Positions 17,723 through 27,283 are shown, numbered from the stretch's first letter. The stretch is DNA of 64,000 bases from Candidatus Parcubacteria bacterium (GCA_023396915.1 JAEWUV010000001.1:21206-85205); one strand, 5' to 3'. Notes: generated from the sequence alone by a model not told the origin. Numbers and translations are program-made.

Positions 17723-18661
17723 CTAATTGTGAGCTATTATTCTAACTGGGTCAACAATTTCACCTTTCAAATCAATATTAACTCTATCAAAACCATAACC
17801 TTCCTTTTCGGCAATCAATAGATACCTTCCATTAGCCAGTGGAGTCGATATTTTAAACTGACCCAAAGCATTAGTTTTGATAACCCTAGTTGGATTCCCA
17901 TGCATGTCTTGAATTTCTATAATTACTCCATCAACTATCTTCCCTTCACTATCTGTCGCCATCCCTACAATTACATTGGAAATATCTGGTCTATTCGGCA
18001 TTGGAATACTGCCAAAAACTGCCTTTCCTGTGGCTTCCAATTTTTCTTTCTTTAAATTTAAATCAACTGTTTTCCTCTCTTGAATATTAATTTCCTCTAT
18101 TTTTTCTTCCGGTATCACTTCTGTTACTTTTCTGATTTCATCAGAAACAGGTTCAATTACTCTTTCTTTAACACTGTTTTGTTTTGGCTTTATTTCAATT
18201 GCCTCATTTTTTTTATTTTTAGCGATTTTAATTTTAAAATTACTCCCAACATTAGAAGTATTTGTTTGATCTATCTTTTTCTTAAAAACAATATCAGCGT
18301 TTTTATTTTCGTACAATTGAGCCGTTTCTTCCTCTTTTTTTTGAGGGCTACTTAATTCCAACCAGTCTTCATTTTTCTTCTTGTAAGTATATATTGTCGG
18401 AGCATAAATCGACTTTAGAAAAGCTATAGCCCATGTTTCCAAGGGCCTATCTTCAAAAGGAATAAAAGCCAACGCTAATCCTAAACCGCCGGTAGCAAAC
18501 ATTAACGGCCACTTAAATATCGCCAATAATTTCGTTTTATATATTAATATCGCAATTATTATGCCTCCGGCAGCTTTTGCAAACTGCTTTAACGTCATAT
18601 CTCCTACCAATTTAAATTCATAGGATGATATTTGTTGTGGAATCGGGTGTTGCATTTCCAT
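17723..18661 (-). CDS. PrgI-family (VirB3-like) T4SS membrane protein fused to a C-terminal carboxypeptidase-regulatory-like (CarboxypepD_reg) beta-sandwich domain.
   Basis: N-terminus QISSYEFKLVGDMTLKQFAKAAGGIIIAILIY...FIPFEDRPLETWAIAFLKSIYAPTIYTYKK matches PrgI family (PF12666) features. C-terminus GKIVDGVIIEIQDMHGNPTRVIKTNALGQFKISTPLANGRYLLIAEKEGYG matches the carboxypeptidase regulatory-like domain. Confidence 0.6.
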   Translation of the reverse strand: MEMQHPIPQQISSYEFKLVGDMTLKQFAKAAGGIIIAILIYKTKLLAIFKWPLMFATGGLGLALAFIPFEDRPLETWAIAFLKSIYAPTIYTYKKKNEDWLELSSPQKKEEETAQLYENKNADIVFKKKIDQTNTSNVGSNFKIKIAKNKKNEAIEIKPKQNSVKERVIEPVSDEIRKVTEVIPEEKIEEINIQERKTVDLNLKKEKLEATGKAVFGSIPMPNRPDISNVIVGMATDSEGKIVDGVIIEIQDMHGNPTRVIKTNALGQFKISTPLANGRYLLIAEKEGYGFDRVNIDLKGEIVDPVRIIAHN

Positions 18662-18670
18662 TACTAAATT

Positions 18671-19285
18671 CTACCGTAAAATCTCCGCCAGTTTCCAGTT
18701 TGATTTTTCATAATCACCTGGGTTATACCAATATGTTTGCCAACCCATTTGTTTAGGTATTTCTAAATTTTCCTGTTTATTATCTATGAACAAGATTTCA
18801 CTACTTTCAACCTCGGCTCTTTTTTGGGCAATTTCATAAATTTTTCTATCCGGCTTTCTGCATTTCTCTATTGACGAATCCGCAATCACATCCCAATTCA
18901 TGTTTGGAATCAATCCTTTTTCTTTAATCAAATTCAACATCCCTTCATACATATTTGTTAACAAACCCACTTTATATTTATTTTTAACACTATTTACTAT
19001 TTGCCAAATTCCTTCGTTTCTAACAAAAAAATTATTTACCATATCATCACCAATGGAATAATTATTCGGCAAATTAATCCCAAATCTATCTCTCATTATT
19101 AAGGGAAAATCTCTCAATTTTTTACCTTTTTCTAAATCTTTTTCAAAAATATCAAAAAAATCATCAAATTTTTGTTGTTGAGAATCCTTTAACCCTAGTT
19201 TTTTTAATAATACTTTCCAACCATTATCATCGTCACTCAAATCTTTTATCAATACCCCGCCAACATCAAAATAAACAAATTTCAT
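18671..19285 (-). CDS. HAD-superfamily hydrolase.
   Basis: FDVGGVL (DxG motif I), LLTN, KPD, FIDN motifs. Confidence 0.65.
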   Translation of the reverse strand: MKFVYFDVGGVLIKDLSDDDNGWKVLLKKLGLKDSQQQKFDDFFDIFEKDLEKGKKLRDFPLIMRDRFGINLPNNYSIGDDMVNNFFVRNEGIWQIVNSVKNKYKVGLLTNMYEGMLNLIKEKGLIPNMNWDVIADSSIEKCRKPDRKIYEIAQKRAEVESSEILFIDNKQENLEIPKQMGWQTYWYNPGDYEKSNWKLAEILR

Positions 19286-19313
19286 ATTTAATTCTACCTT
19301 AATCTATTTTTTA

Positions 19314-19365
19314 AGCCCTCCCTTTTTCAAGGGAGGGTGCCCGATAGGGCGGGTGGGTTTAATTC
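19314..19365. repeat. Composite GC-hairpin element, copy D (agCCCTCCCtttttcaaGGGAGGGtgCCCGatagggCGGGtgggtttaattc), immediately upstream of the 5'-3' exonuclease start.
   Basis: Shares hairpin-1 architecture and the gggtgggtttaatt tail with copy C at 25641. Confidence 0.65.
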
Positions 19366-19379
19366 TGCTAAACTACATC

Positions 19380-20270
19380 ATGTCTAAATTATTGATTATT
19401 GACGGTCATGCTGTTATTCATCGGGCTTACCATTCCATTCCTAACCTTACTGTCAATGGCCAACCAGTCAACGCTCTTTATGGGTTTTATTCCATGTTAC
19501 TTTCGGCCATTTCTCAAATTAACCCCAAATATTTAATTGTTTGCCTTGACTCTCCTGGTCCAACCTTTCGTCAATCAGAATTTGTTGGCTATCGGGCCAA
19601 ACGCAAAGCTCCAGACAGGGAATTAATTTCTCAACTTCCTCTTTTAGCCACCACTCTTGAACAATCTAATATCAAAACTTTTGCCATAGGTGGGTACGAA
19701 GCAGATGATCTTATTGGCACCATCGCTCGTAAGGCCTCAAAAAAGAAGTTTATCAGTGAAACTATAATTATCACTGGCGACAAGGATTTGATGCAATTAG
19801 TCGACTCTAAAACCCATTTACTTATGCCTCTTCGTGGTCTTTCAGAGACTAAATTATTTAAATCTCCAGATGTTGTCGAAAAATTAGGAGTAAAACCAGA
19901 CCAAGTCGTCGACCTTAAAGCTTTAATGGGGGACATGTCTGACTGCTATCCTGGCGTTGCCGGTATTGGTCCAAAAGCCGCGACAAATCTTTTATCTGAA
20001 TATCAAAATTTAGACAATATCTACTCTCACCTAGAAGAAATTAAACCAAGCATCAAAGAAAAATTAGCCAAAGAAAAAGACAATGCCTATCTTTCCCAAA
20101 AATTAGCCACTATTATTGACAACATCCCTCTTGATTTCAAATTCTCAGAAAGCAAATGGAGCCCGGAAATTATCTGTAGTCTCAAAAATATGTTTAAAAG
20201 TTATAATTTTAAATCTCTCATTTCTCGTCTCGACCAAGACACCAAACCCCAACAATCTTCTTTATTTTAA
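19380..20270 (+). CDS. 5'-3' exonuclease / FEN (Pol I N-terminal-like). The real start is likely the ATG at 19380 (MSKLLIIDGHAV...) rather than the track start at 19353.
   Basis: LLIIDGHAVIHRAYHS N-terminus and acidic metal-binding residues. The upstream in-frame codons lie within the hairpin element. Confidence 0.85.
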   Translation: MSKLLIIDGHAVIHRAYHSIPNLTVNGQPVNALYGFYSMLLSAISQINPKYLIVCLDSPGPTFRQSEFVGYRAKRKAPDRELISQLPLLATTLEQSNIKTFAIGGYEADDLIGTIARKASKKKFISETIIITGDKDLMQLVDSKTHLLMPLRGLSETKLFKSPDVVEKLGVKPDQVVDLKALMGDMSDCYPGVAGIGPKAATNLLSEYQNLDNIYSHLEEIKPSIKEKLAKEKDNAYLSQKLATIIDNIPLDFKFSESKWSPEIICSLKNMFKSYNFKSLISRLDQDTKPQQSSLF

Positions 20271-20271
20271 T

Positions 20272-21381
20272 ATGAAAAAAAATAACTTAAAAATTGCCCT
20301 TGTCCATGATTATTTAAACGAATTTGGTGGTGCTGAAAGAGTTTTGTCAGTTCTTTCAGAAATATATCCAAAAGCTCCAATTTATACCGCTTTTTACAAA
20401 AAAAACTCTACTGCTTACAACCACTTTAAAAATAAAAAAATAATTCCTTCATGGGTTCATTACATTCCTTTTTTTAGTTCAAAATTACACAGCCCTTTGC
20501 GGTTTTTAACTCCTTTAATTTGGGGAAGTTTTAATTTCTCAAAATATGATGTCATTATCGCCTCATCAAGCTGGTACATCACCAAAGGTTTTAAAAAAGG
20601 CCCAAATACCAAAGAAATTTGTTATTGTCACACTCCACCTCGTTGGCTTTATGGTTTTAAAACATCAGTTGGTTTTCAAAAATATTGGATAGTCAAACTT
20701 TATGCTATCGTCGTTGGTCATTTTATGCGTCTTTACGATTTTAAACAGGCCCAAAAAGTCGATATTTTTGTCGCCAATTCTAAAAATGTTGCCAATCGTA
20801 TCAAAAAATTTTATCGTCGTGATTCTGTTGTTATTTATCCACCAGTTTCTCTTTTACCAGTTCCAAAAGTTGAAAAAGAAGATTTTTATTTAATTATTTC
20901 TCGTATTGTTGGTGCCAAAGGTATTGATTTAGCCGTCAAAGCCGCCAATAAATTAGGAATTAATCTAAAAATTGTTGGCGAGCCAGCTGGTTATTATTCC
21001 GAATATAAGGAACTTCAAAAAATATCTGGCAACAATGTTGAATTTTTAGGCCGTCTTTCAGATGAAAATCTAGTTAAATATTATACCAAAGCTAAGGCGT
21101 TTTTAGCTTTATCAACCGATGAAGATTTCGGTATGACCCCAGTTGAATCAATGATGGCCGGTACTCCAGTAATTGCTTTTAAAGGTGGTGGTTATTTAGA
21201 AACTATTATTGATGGTAAAACTGGTGTCTTCTTTGACCAACCTACTGTTGAATCATTAATCTCTGCCATCAAACGATTTCAAAAATTAAATATAAAATCG
21301 TCAGATTGTATTTCTCAAGCTCAAAATTTTTCCAAAGCCAAATTTATTTCCAAAATTAAAAAATTGGTTTCACAAAAATAA
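20272..21381 (+). CDS. Glycosyltransferase family 4.
   Basis: MKKNNLKIALVHDYLNEFGGAERV, GT4 C-terminal E..G motifs (GEPAGY, FGMTPVESMMAGTPVIAF). The track ORF start at 20116 overlaps the exonuclease and was rejected. Confidence 0.85.
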   Translation: MKKNNLKIALVHDYLNEFGGAERVLSVLSEIYPKAPIYTAFYKKNSTAYNHFKNKKIIPSWVHYIPFFSSKLHSPLRFLTPLIWGSFNFSKYDVIIASSSWYITKGFKKGPNTKEICYCHTPPRWLYGFKTSVGFQKYWIVKLYAIVVGHFMRLYDFKQAQKVDIFVANSKNVANRIKKFYRRDSVVIYPPVSLLPVPKVEKEDFYLIISRIVGAKGIDLAVKAANKLGINLKIVGEPAGYYSEYKELQKISGNNVEFLGRLSDENLVKYYTKAKAFLALSTDEDFGMTPVESMMAGTPVIAFKGGGYLETIIDGKTGVFFDQPTVESLISAIKRFQKLNIKSSDCISQAQNFSKAKFISKIKKLVSQK

Positions 21382-21402
21382 TTATTTTTATATAATACAA
21401 GC

Positions 21403-22245
21403 ATGACTACTTTTAAAATAACCTGTCTTGCTGAAAATACCACCTATAGGCACAACTGTTTAGCTCAACACGGACAATCTTTTCTAATTGAAACTGATGG
21501 TTATAAATTACTTTTTGATGTTGGTGAAGTTCCTGGTGCCGTCGAATACAATCTTAATCAATTAGGAATTAGTTTAGATGAAATAAATGATGTTTTAATT
21601 TCTCACCGGCATATTGATCATGTGGGGGCATTAAACGAAATACTTCCAAAATTGAACAAACAACGTTTATTTTTACCAATACAACTTGGGGAAGATGATA
21701 TTAAAAACCACCCTTATAAATATAATTTTTTAAAGAAAGATAATGAGGATCAATATAATTTAGCGATTTCAAAAAAAGATTTATCGGTCATTGAAAACTA
21801 TCAATATAAAAATATCATTAGCAATGATGGCGTTGAATTACGCGATTCAATATTTTCAACCGGTTGTATCGGGGAACCAATGTCTGAACAAGCAGTAGTA
21901 ATTGACCAAGGCGATTTAGGTATCACTTTAATTTTAGGCTGTTCCCACCCAGGGGTGGAACCATTGATTAAAAAAGCTATGGAAGCAACGAAGAATAATA
22001 AACTTAGAGGAATTATTGGGGGAATGCATTATACTGATTTTTCAAATGAAGAAATGATAACCCACGCAACCAATTTAAAGCAACTTAACCCAGAGTTTAT
22101 CACTCCTGGTCACTGTACTACTATTCAAGGTTGTTCTGTTTTATCCGAGATCATCGGAAAATCTGTTATTCTATCAACAACAGGTTCTTTTGGAGCAGGT
22201 AATTCTGTTATCTTGGGAGAAAAAATTGAATTCGAATTCGTTTAA
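21403..22245 (+). CDS. MBL-fold metallo-hydrolase.
   Basis: HRHIDHVG (HxHxDH) motif. Confidence 0.75.
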   Translation: MTTFKITCLAENTTYRHNCLAQHGQSFLIETDGYKLLFDVGEVPGAVEYNLNQLGISLDEINDVLISHRHIDHVGALNEILPKLNKQRLFLPIQLGEDDIKNHPYKYNFLKKDNEDQYNLAISKKDLSVIENYQYKNIISNDGVELRDSIFSTGCIGEPMSEQAVVIDQGDLGITLILGCSHPGVEPLIKKAMEATKNNKLRGIIGGMHYTDFSNEEMITHATNLKQLNPEFITPGHCTTIQGCSVLSEIIGKSVILSTTGSFGAGNSVILGEKIEFEFV

Positions 22246-22246
22246 T

Positions 22247-23197
22247 TTATTCTTTTTCTAACCACTTCTCCGCATCCAGTGCCGCTCGACAACCTTCACC
22301 CGCCGCCACAATTGCCTGTTTATGTTTCACATTTACACAATCTCCGGCTGCAAAAATTCCTTCCATATTTGTCATCGTTACAAATTCACTATTTTTACCT
22401 GTCAATACCTGCCCGGTTTCCGATAAATCCACCAACCCTTCCAAAAATTTGGTTGCCGGTTGACTGCCAATAGCCACAAACAAACCATCTAAGACCAATT
22501 CTTTTTCTTCGTTAGTTTGATTATTAACCACTTTAATCGACTCTAGCATTTCTAGACCTTTTATTTCCTTCACTTCGCTATTCCATAAAATTTCTACATT
22601 TGGGTTATTCAAAACTTTTTTTTGTTCAGCTATTGACGCCCTAAATTGATCTCTTCGATGAATCAAATAAACTTTAGTACAAATCTTTGATAAAAAATTT
22701 GCCTCTTCACAGGCCGTATCTCCACCTCCAACCACCGCTACTGTTTTACCCCTAAAAAACATTCCATCGCAAGTGGCACAACCACTTACTCCGTGACCAA
22801 TTAATTTCTTTTCGTTTGGTAAATCCAACCATTTTACCGCCGCCCCTGTTGCCACAATTACTGCCTTACTTTCCAAAATTTCTCCGCTTTCCAACTCAAC
22901 CTTAAATTTCTCACTTATTTTTTTAACTAATCCCGATTTTATTTCCACTCCTAAATTCTTCACCTGTTGCTGCATATCCATCATTAACTTCACTCCACCA
23001 GTTCCAGTCGGAAACCCCGGCCAATTATCTACCAAAGTCGTAATTGTTAACTGTCCTCCCGGTTGATTTCCAGCAACTACTATTGTTTTTAAATCAGCCC
23101 TGGCATTATAAATTGCCGCCGTCAATCCAGCCGGCCCCGAACCAATAATTACTACATCATAAATTTGATTTTTTTCTTCCATAGATGATTTTAGCAT
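22247..23197 (-). CDS. trxB: Thioredoxin-disulfide reductase.
   Basis: FAD-binding IIGSGPAGLTAA, redox-active SGCATCDG, NAD(P)-binding VVGGGDTA. Confidence 0.9.
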   Translation of the reverse strand: MLKSSMEEKNQIYDVVIIGSGPAGLTAAIYNARADLKTIVVAGNQPGGQLTITTLVDNWPGFPTGTGGVKLMMDMQQQVKNLGVEIKSGLVKKISEKFKVELESGEILESKAVIVATGAAVKWLDLPNEKKLIGHGVSGCATCDGMFFRGKTVAVVGGGDTACEEANFLSKICTKVYLIHRRDQFRASIAEQKKVLNNPNVEILWNSEVKEIKGLEMLESIKVVNNQTNEEKELVLDGLFVAIGSQPATKFLEGLVDLSETGQVLTGKNSEFVTMTNMEGIFAAGDCVNVKHKQAIVAAGEGCRAALDAEKWLEKE

Positions 23198-23249
23198 TAC
23201 TTTTGGCTTTACTTTTTACTTCTTTAACCGGATAATTTAATAAACTGCC

Positions 23250-24170
23250 ATGATTAAAAAAACCAAAATTACCTTATTTTTAATTTTCAAGATTATCCAA
23301 GATAAGCCCCGTTTTTTGTTTTGGTTTTTTATTCGTTTTCTTTCCTCTCTTTTACCACTCCTAACCATTTATCTCTATTCCCGAGTTATTGAAAATATTG
23401 AAACTAAAGTAGTTTTTAGTACTCTTTTCTTTTTGATTCTTATTATCCTTCTGGTTCGTTTAGTAGATAATTTTCTGCGTTTAAAATCAATTTTTAAACT
23501 AGATGAGTGTATTAGTGATATTAGTTTTGATATTCATAATTTTTTTACCAAAGATCTCCATACCAAAGACAAAGAAGAACGCCATCAAAGCATTCAGGCC
23601 ATTAGAAACTTTTCCGATGCCAGCGCTATGACTTTAACTTTATTTCGGCAACCTGGAATCGACAGTATCGTTTCTTTGTCTATCATCCCTGCAATCTTGT
23701 GGTTTGTTGATCTTCGGGTATTTGTCTTAGAAATGGTTTACATCGTTATTTATATGATTATTGACTATTACACTACTCAAAAATATGTCAAACTCAGAGA
23801 TTTGCAAAACACTAAAACTGAAACTTATTATGGCAAATTACAAGAAAGTAATGATGTTGAATTAGAGCAAAAATCTTTTACCAGACATTTTACTCGTCTT
23901 TCAAACTGGAATTTTACAGAATGGTTTGTTCTCCAAAATGGTGCCGTTTTCTTTTATTGTCTTATTTTGGCTTATTCCATAATTGCTGTTTACTCTGGCA
24001 CAAAACAAATCTCGGACATAGTTTTAATCATGGGTTATGTTTCTTCCACCCAGACTTATCTTAATTCATTTTCAGATATCAAAGATAGTTTAGCTGACAT
24101 GACTGTTGCTGTCGATCACCTTGCTAAAAACAAAAGTATTTCCGTCATCGACCTCGACGATTTAGTCTAA
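23250..24170 (+). CDS. Membrane protein resembling an ABC-exporter transmembrane domain only (no nucleotide-binding domain encoded). Possibly a truncated or remnant gene.
   Basis: Six predicted TM helices. The N-terminus resembles ABC_membrane domain starts. The ORF ends where an NBD would begin. Confidence 0.35.
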   Translation: MIKKTKITLFLIFKIIQDKPRFLFWFFIRFLSSLLPLLTIYLYSRVIENIETKVVFSTLFFLILIILLVRLVDNFLRLKSIFKLDECISDISFDIHNFFTKDLHTKDKEERHQSIQAIRNFSDASAMTLTLFRQPGIDSIVSLSIIPAILWFVDLRVFVLEMVYIVIYMIIDYYTTQKYVKLRDLQNTKTETYYGKLQESNDVELEQKSFTRHFTRLSNWNFTEWFVLQNGAVFFYCLILAYSIIAVYSGTKQISDIVLIMGYVSSTQTYLNSFSDIKDSLADMTVAVDHLAKNKSISVIDLDDLV

Positions 24171-24171
24171 A

Positions 24172-24732
24172 TTAATTAAAAGGTTCATTAATTGCTGTAT
24201 CTACAATTAAATAAGCCTCGGTTGCTCCATGAATTAACATGTCTCTTTGTTCCGGTTCTTTACCTGCAGTTATTTTTGACATAAATTCTATAAACACCGG
24301 ATCAATCTCTCTAACTATTTCAATTTTTCTTTTAACAAAATCAACCAAATTCCCTGACATTTTCCCTTCCATATTTTTCGCAAGCCGTTTATCGACATCT
24401 TTATCCTTTATAGAAGGAAAAGGAAAGTTTCCATTACTAGTTTCAAAAGAATTCTTAATTAATTTTAATCCGAGATAAAAACCTTCTGTTATATCCCCAC
24501 GTTCTGTGTAATTAACCGTATTAACATCAGCAATACGACTTAATAATTTAATTAAACTCAAGTTTTCTTTTTTATTGGTAAAATCATACATTTCACGGCA
24601 CACCTGTGCCAAACCCCCAGAAGTAATTTCTACCAAAGTTCGTTCTGCGACATCTGTACTTATTGGCAAAGGAAGCCCGCTTCCTACTTTTTCCCCAATC
24701 ACCTTAAATTCTTTCATGGCGTATAGTAGCAT
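24172..24732 (-). CDS. Hypothetical protein (186 aa).
   Basis: Intact ORF with coding-like composition. No recognisable motifs. Confidence 0.4.
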   Translation of the reverse strand: MLLYAMKEFKVIGEKVGSGLPLPISTDVAERTLVEITSGGLAQVCREMYDFTNKKENLSLIKLLSRIADVNTVNYTERGDITEGFYLGLKLIKNSFETSNGNFPFPSIKDKDVDKRLAKNMEGKMSGNLVDFVKRKIEIVREIDPVFIEFMSKITAGKEPEQRDMLIHGATEAYLIVDTAINEPFN

Positions 24733-24796
24733 AAAGCTGTTTTTGGTTCTAGAGTTATACTAATAGCTACTTATTAATTAACTAGATTGCTAATTT

Positions 24797-25639
24797 ATGC
24801 CTGAGCTTCCCGAAGTCGAAACAGTCCGTCTCTTTTTAGACAGCCATATTTTAAATAAAACCATTTCTAATATCGAGATTTTAAACACTAAGTCTTTTGT
24901 CGGCGATCCAAAATTAGCTCTTAACCAAAAAATAATTTCTACATCCCGTCTAGGTAAACAACTTTCAATTCATCTAAAAAATGGTCTAATTCTTCTTTTC
25001 CATCTCAAAATGACCGGTCAGATTATTATTGGCGATTCAGTTTTAGGTCATCCTACCCCAAAAGAAAACAAGTCTCATCTACCCAATAAATCTACTCGTC
25101 TCATTTTCACCTTTTCCGATAGCACTAAACTATTTTTCAACGATCAACGCAAGTTCGGTTGGGTTAAATTATTTACTCAAACTGAATTAAAAAATTTTCA
25201 GAAAAATGTTGGTGTCGATATTTTGGATTCGGCATTTACTAATAATTATTTTTACAACCAAATCCAAAAAACCTCCCGAGCTATCAAATTAGTTTTACTT
25301 GATCAATCAAAATTTGCCGGCATTGGTAATATCTATGACAATGATGCTTTGTTTTTAAGCCATATTCACCCCGAAACTTCAGCCAATAAATTAACTAAAA
25401 ATCAATCTCAAAAACTTCATCAAAATTTAGTCGATTTAATGAAAGAATCACTGTTTCATGGTGGTTCTACCGCCAAAGATAATAAATATATTCACCCCGA
25501 CGGTTCTGTTGGTCAACATCAATATTTCTTTCGGGTTTATCAAAGAGCAGGGGAACCTTGTCTTGTCTGTAAAACGCCTATTAAACGAATAAAAATCGGT
25601 GGTCGGGGTACTTTCTTTTGTCCCCATTGTCAGAATTAA
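24797..25639 (+). CDS. mutM: Formamidopyrimidine-DNA glycosylase (Fpg/MutM).
   Basis: MPELPEVETVR N-terminus (catalytic Pro2, Glu3) and C-terminal zinc finger CLVCKTPIKRIKIGGRGTFFCPHCQ. Confidence 0.9.
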   Translation: MPELPEVETVRLFLDSHILNKTISNIEILNTKSFVGDPKLALNQKIISTSRLGKQLSIHLKNGLILLFHLKMTGQIIIGDSVLGHPTPKENKSHLPNKSTRLIFTFSDSTKLFFNDQRKFGWVKLFTQTELKNFQKNVGVDILDSAFTNNYFYNQIQKTSRAIKLVLLDQSKFAGIGNIYDNDALFLSHIHPETSANKLTKNQSQKLHQNLVDLMKESLFHGGSTAKDNKYIHPDGSVGQHQYFFRVYQRAGEPCLVCKTPIKRIKIGGRGTFFCPHCQN

Positions 25640-25640
25640 A

Positions 25641-25693
25641 AGCCTCCTTTTTTAAGGGAGGTCCCGATTTATCGGGGGTGGGTTTAATTTTCC
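25641..25693. repeat. Composite GC-hairpin element, copy C (agCCTCCttttttaaGGGAGGTCCCGATttATCGGGggtgggtttaattttcc), between mutM and the iscRS fusion.
   Basis: Two consecutive hairpins followed by the gggtgggtttaatt tail. May act as the mutM terminator and/or the isc leader. Confidence 0.65.
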
Positions 25694-25758
25694 TCATTGA
25701 CACATTTTTATTTTTTTAATAAAATCAATTCGGACAAGTTTAGTCCGATATAAACTAA

Positions 25759-27282
25759 ATGAAGTTATCTACTAAATCTCGTTATGCGCTTCGCGCTTTG
25801 GCCAACCTAATGGATCAAGGTTGTTGTTGCTCCGTCAAAAAAATTGCCCAAAATGAACATTTACCCTCTGATTATCTTGAAAAAATTTTTGCCAAACTAA
25901 AAAAAGTTGGAGTTCTTGAAGTCGAAAGAGGTGCGTCTGGCGGTTATATGCTTTCTCGTGACCCCAAAGATATTTCTCTAAAAGAGATTATTACCGCCCT
26001 AGAAAAACCGGAGTTTTCTTGCCCTGACGTCTGTCAGTGTCACACCAAAAATCTTTACCAACAAATTCAAACTGGATTTAATCAAGTTCTTAGTTCAATT
26101 AGTCTAGACTCTGTCGGTGATTCCAATAAAACAGTTTATTTAGATTATGCCGCCTCCACTCCAGTTGACCCCCAAGTTGTTTCCACTTTAGTTTCATATT
26201 TAAACCCTAAATACTCCGGTAATTCTTCTTCTCTTCATCAATTTGGTCTAAATGCGGCCCAGGTAGTCGAGGACAGTCGTACTGTTTTTGCTAAGATTTT
26301 AAATGCCAAAGAAGAGGAAATAGTTTTTACTTCTTCAGCTACCGAATCCAACAACACGGTTTTAAAAGGTGTTGCTTGGGCCAACTCTAAAAAAGGCAAA
26401 CACATTATAATTTCCAGTATTGAGCATGATTGTGTCAGAAATTCAGCCCAATGGTTAAAAACCCAAGGTTTTGAGATTACTCAAATTCCAGTAAATCAGC
26501 AAGGCTTTGTTGATATAGATTTTATAAAGTCCAGTATTCGTCCCGACACTGTTTTGGTTTCTGTCATTCATGGCAATAACGAAATTGGTACTGTTCAGGA
26601 TATCCGAAAAATCGGTGAAATTTGTCATAAACATGGAGCTTATTTCCATACAGATGCCGCTCAAAGTTTTTCAAAACTACCTATTGATGTCCAAAAAGAT
26701 AATATCGATTTTTTAACTATTTCCTCTCAAAAAATTTATGGCCCAAAAGGAGTTGCTCTTTTATATGTCAAATCTGGCTCAAAAATTACTCCACTACTTC
26801 ATGGTGGTGGTCATGAGTTTGGAATTCGTTCTTCCACGGTCAATGTGCCTTTAATCGCCGCCTTTACCAAGGCCGCCCAAATTGCTATTGATTCTATGGA
26901 TTCGGAGAACAAACGACTTACTCAACTTCGCGATTATCTTATTAAAAATATTTTAACCAAAATCCCAGATACTCATTTAAACGGTTCCGTCAAAAATCGT
27001 CTTTGTAATAATATCAATATTTCTTTTGACAAGATTGAAGGAGAGTCAATTTTACTTGATCTCGACATGAATGGCATTATTTGTTCTACTGGTTCCGCTT
27101 GCTCTTCACATTCTTTAGAACCAAGTCATGTTTTATTGGCTCTAGGCCAAAAACCAGAACAAGCCCACAGTTCCATTCGTTTTAGTCTTGGTCGTTTTAC
27201 TACCAAAGCCGATTTAGATTATTTGTTAAAAATTTTGCCTCAAACTATCAAAAAATTAAGGCAACTTTCACCCTTTAAATAA
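25759..27282 (+). CDS. iscS: Fusion protein: Rrf2/IscR-family transcriptional regulator (N-terminal, about 120 aa) plus cysteine desulfurase IscS/NifS (C-terminal).
   Basis: N-terminus MKLSTKSRYALRALANLM...GASGGYMLSRDP (Rrf2 HTH) and CPDVCQCH (3 Cys + His). Then VYLDYAASTPVDPQV...HGNNEIGTVQD...SSQKIYGPKGVALLYVK...STGSACSS (class V aminotransferase/IscS). Single continuous ORF. Confidence 0.8.
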   Translation: MKLSTKSRYALRALANLMDQGCCCSVKKIAQNEHLPSDYLEKIFAKLKKVGVLEVERGASGGYMLSRDPKDISLKEIITALEKPEFSCPDVCQCHTKNLYQQIQTGFNQVLSSISLDSVGDSNKTVYLDYAASTPVDPQVVSTLVSYLNPKYSGNSSSLHQFGLNAAQVVEDSRTVFAKILNAKEEEIVFTSSATESNNTVLKGVAWANSKKGKHIIISSIEHDCVRNSAQWLKTQGFEITQIPVNQQGFVDIDFIKSSIRPDTVLVSVIHGNNEIGTVQDIRKIGEICHKHGAYFHTDAAQSFSKLPIDVQKDNIDFLTISSQKIYGPKGVALLYVKSGSKITPLLHGGGHEFGIRSSTVNVPLIAAFTKAAQIAIDSMDSENKRLTQLRDYLIKNILTKIPDTHLNGSVKNRLCNNINISFDKIEGESILLDLDMNGIICSTGSACSSHSLEPSHVLLALGQKPEQAHSSIRFSLGRFTTKADLDYLLKILPQTIKKLRQLSPFK

Positions 27283-27283
27283 T

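Noticed and set aside
20116-20271. Upstream extension of the glycosyltransferase ORF overlapping the 5'-3' exonuclease.
   Set aside because: The GT4 N-terminus (MKKNNLKIALVHDY) begins at 20272, right after the exonuclease stop. The extension is the exonuclease reading frame's alternative frame.
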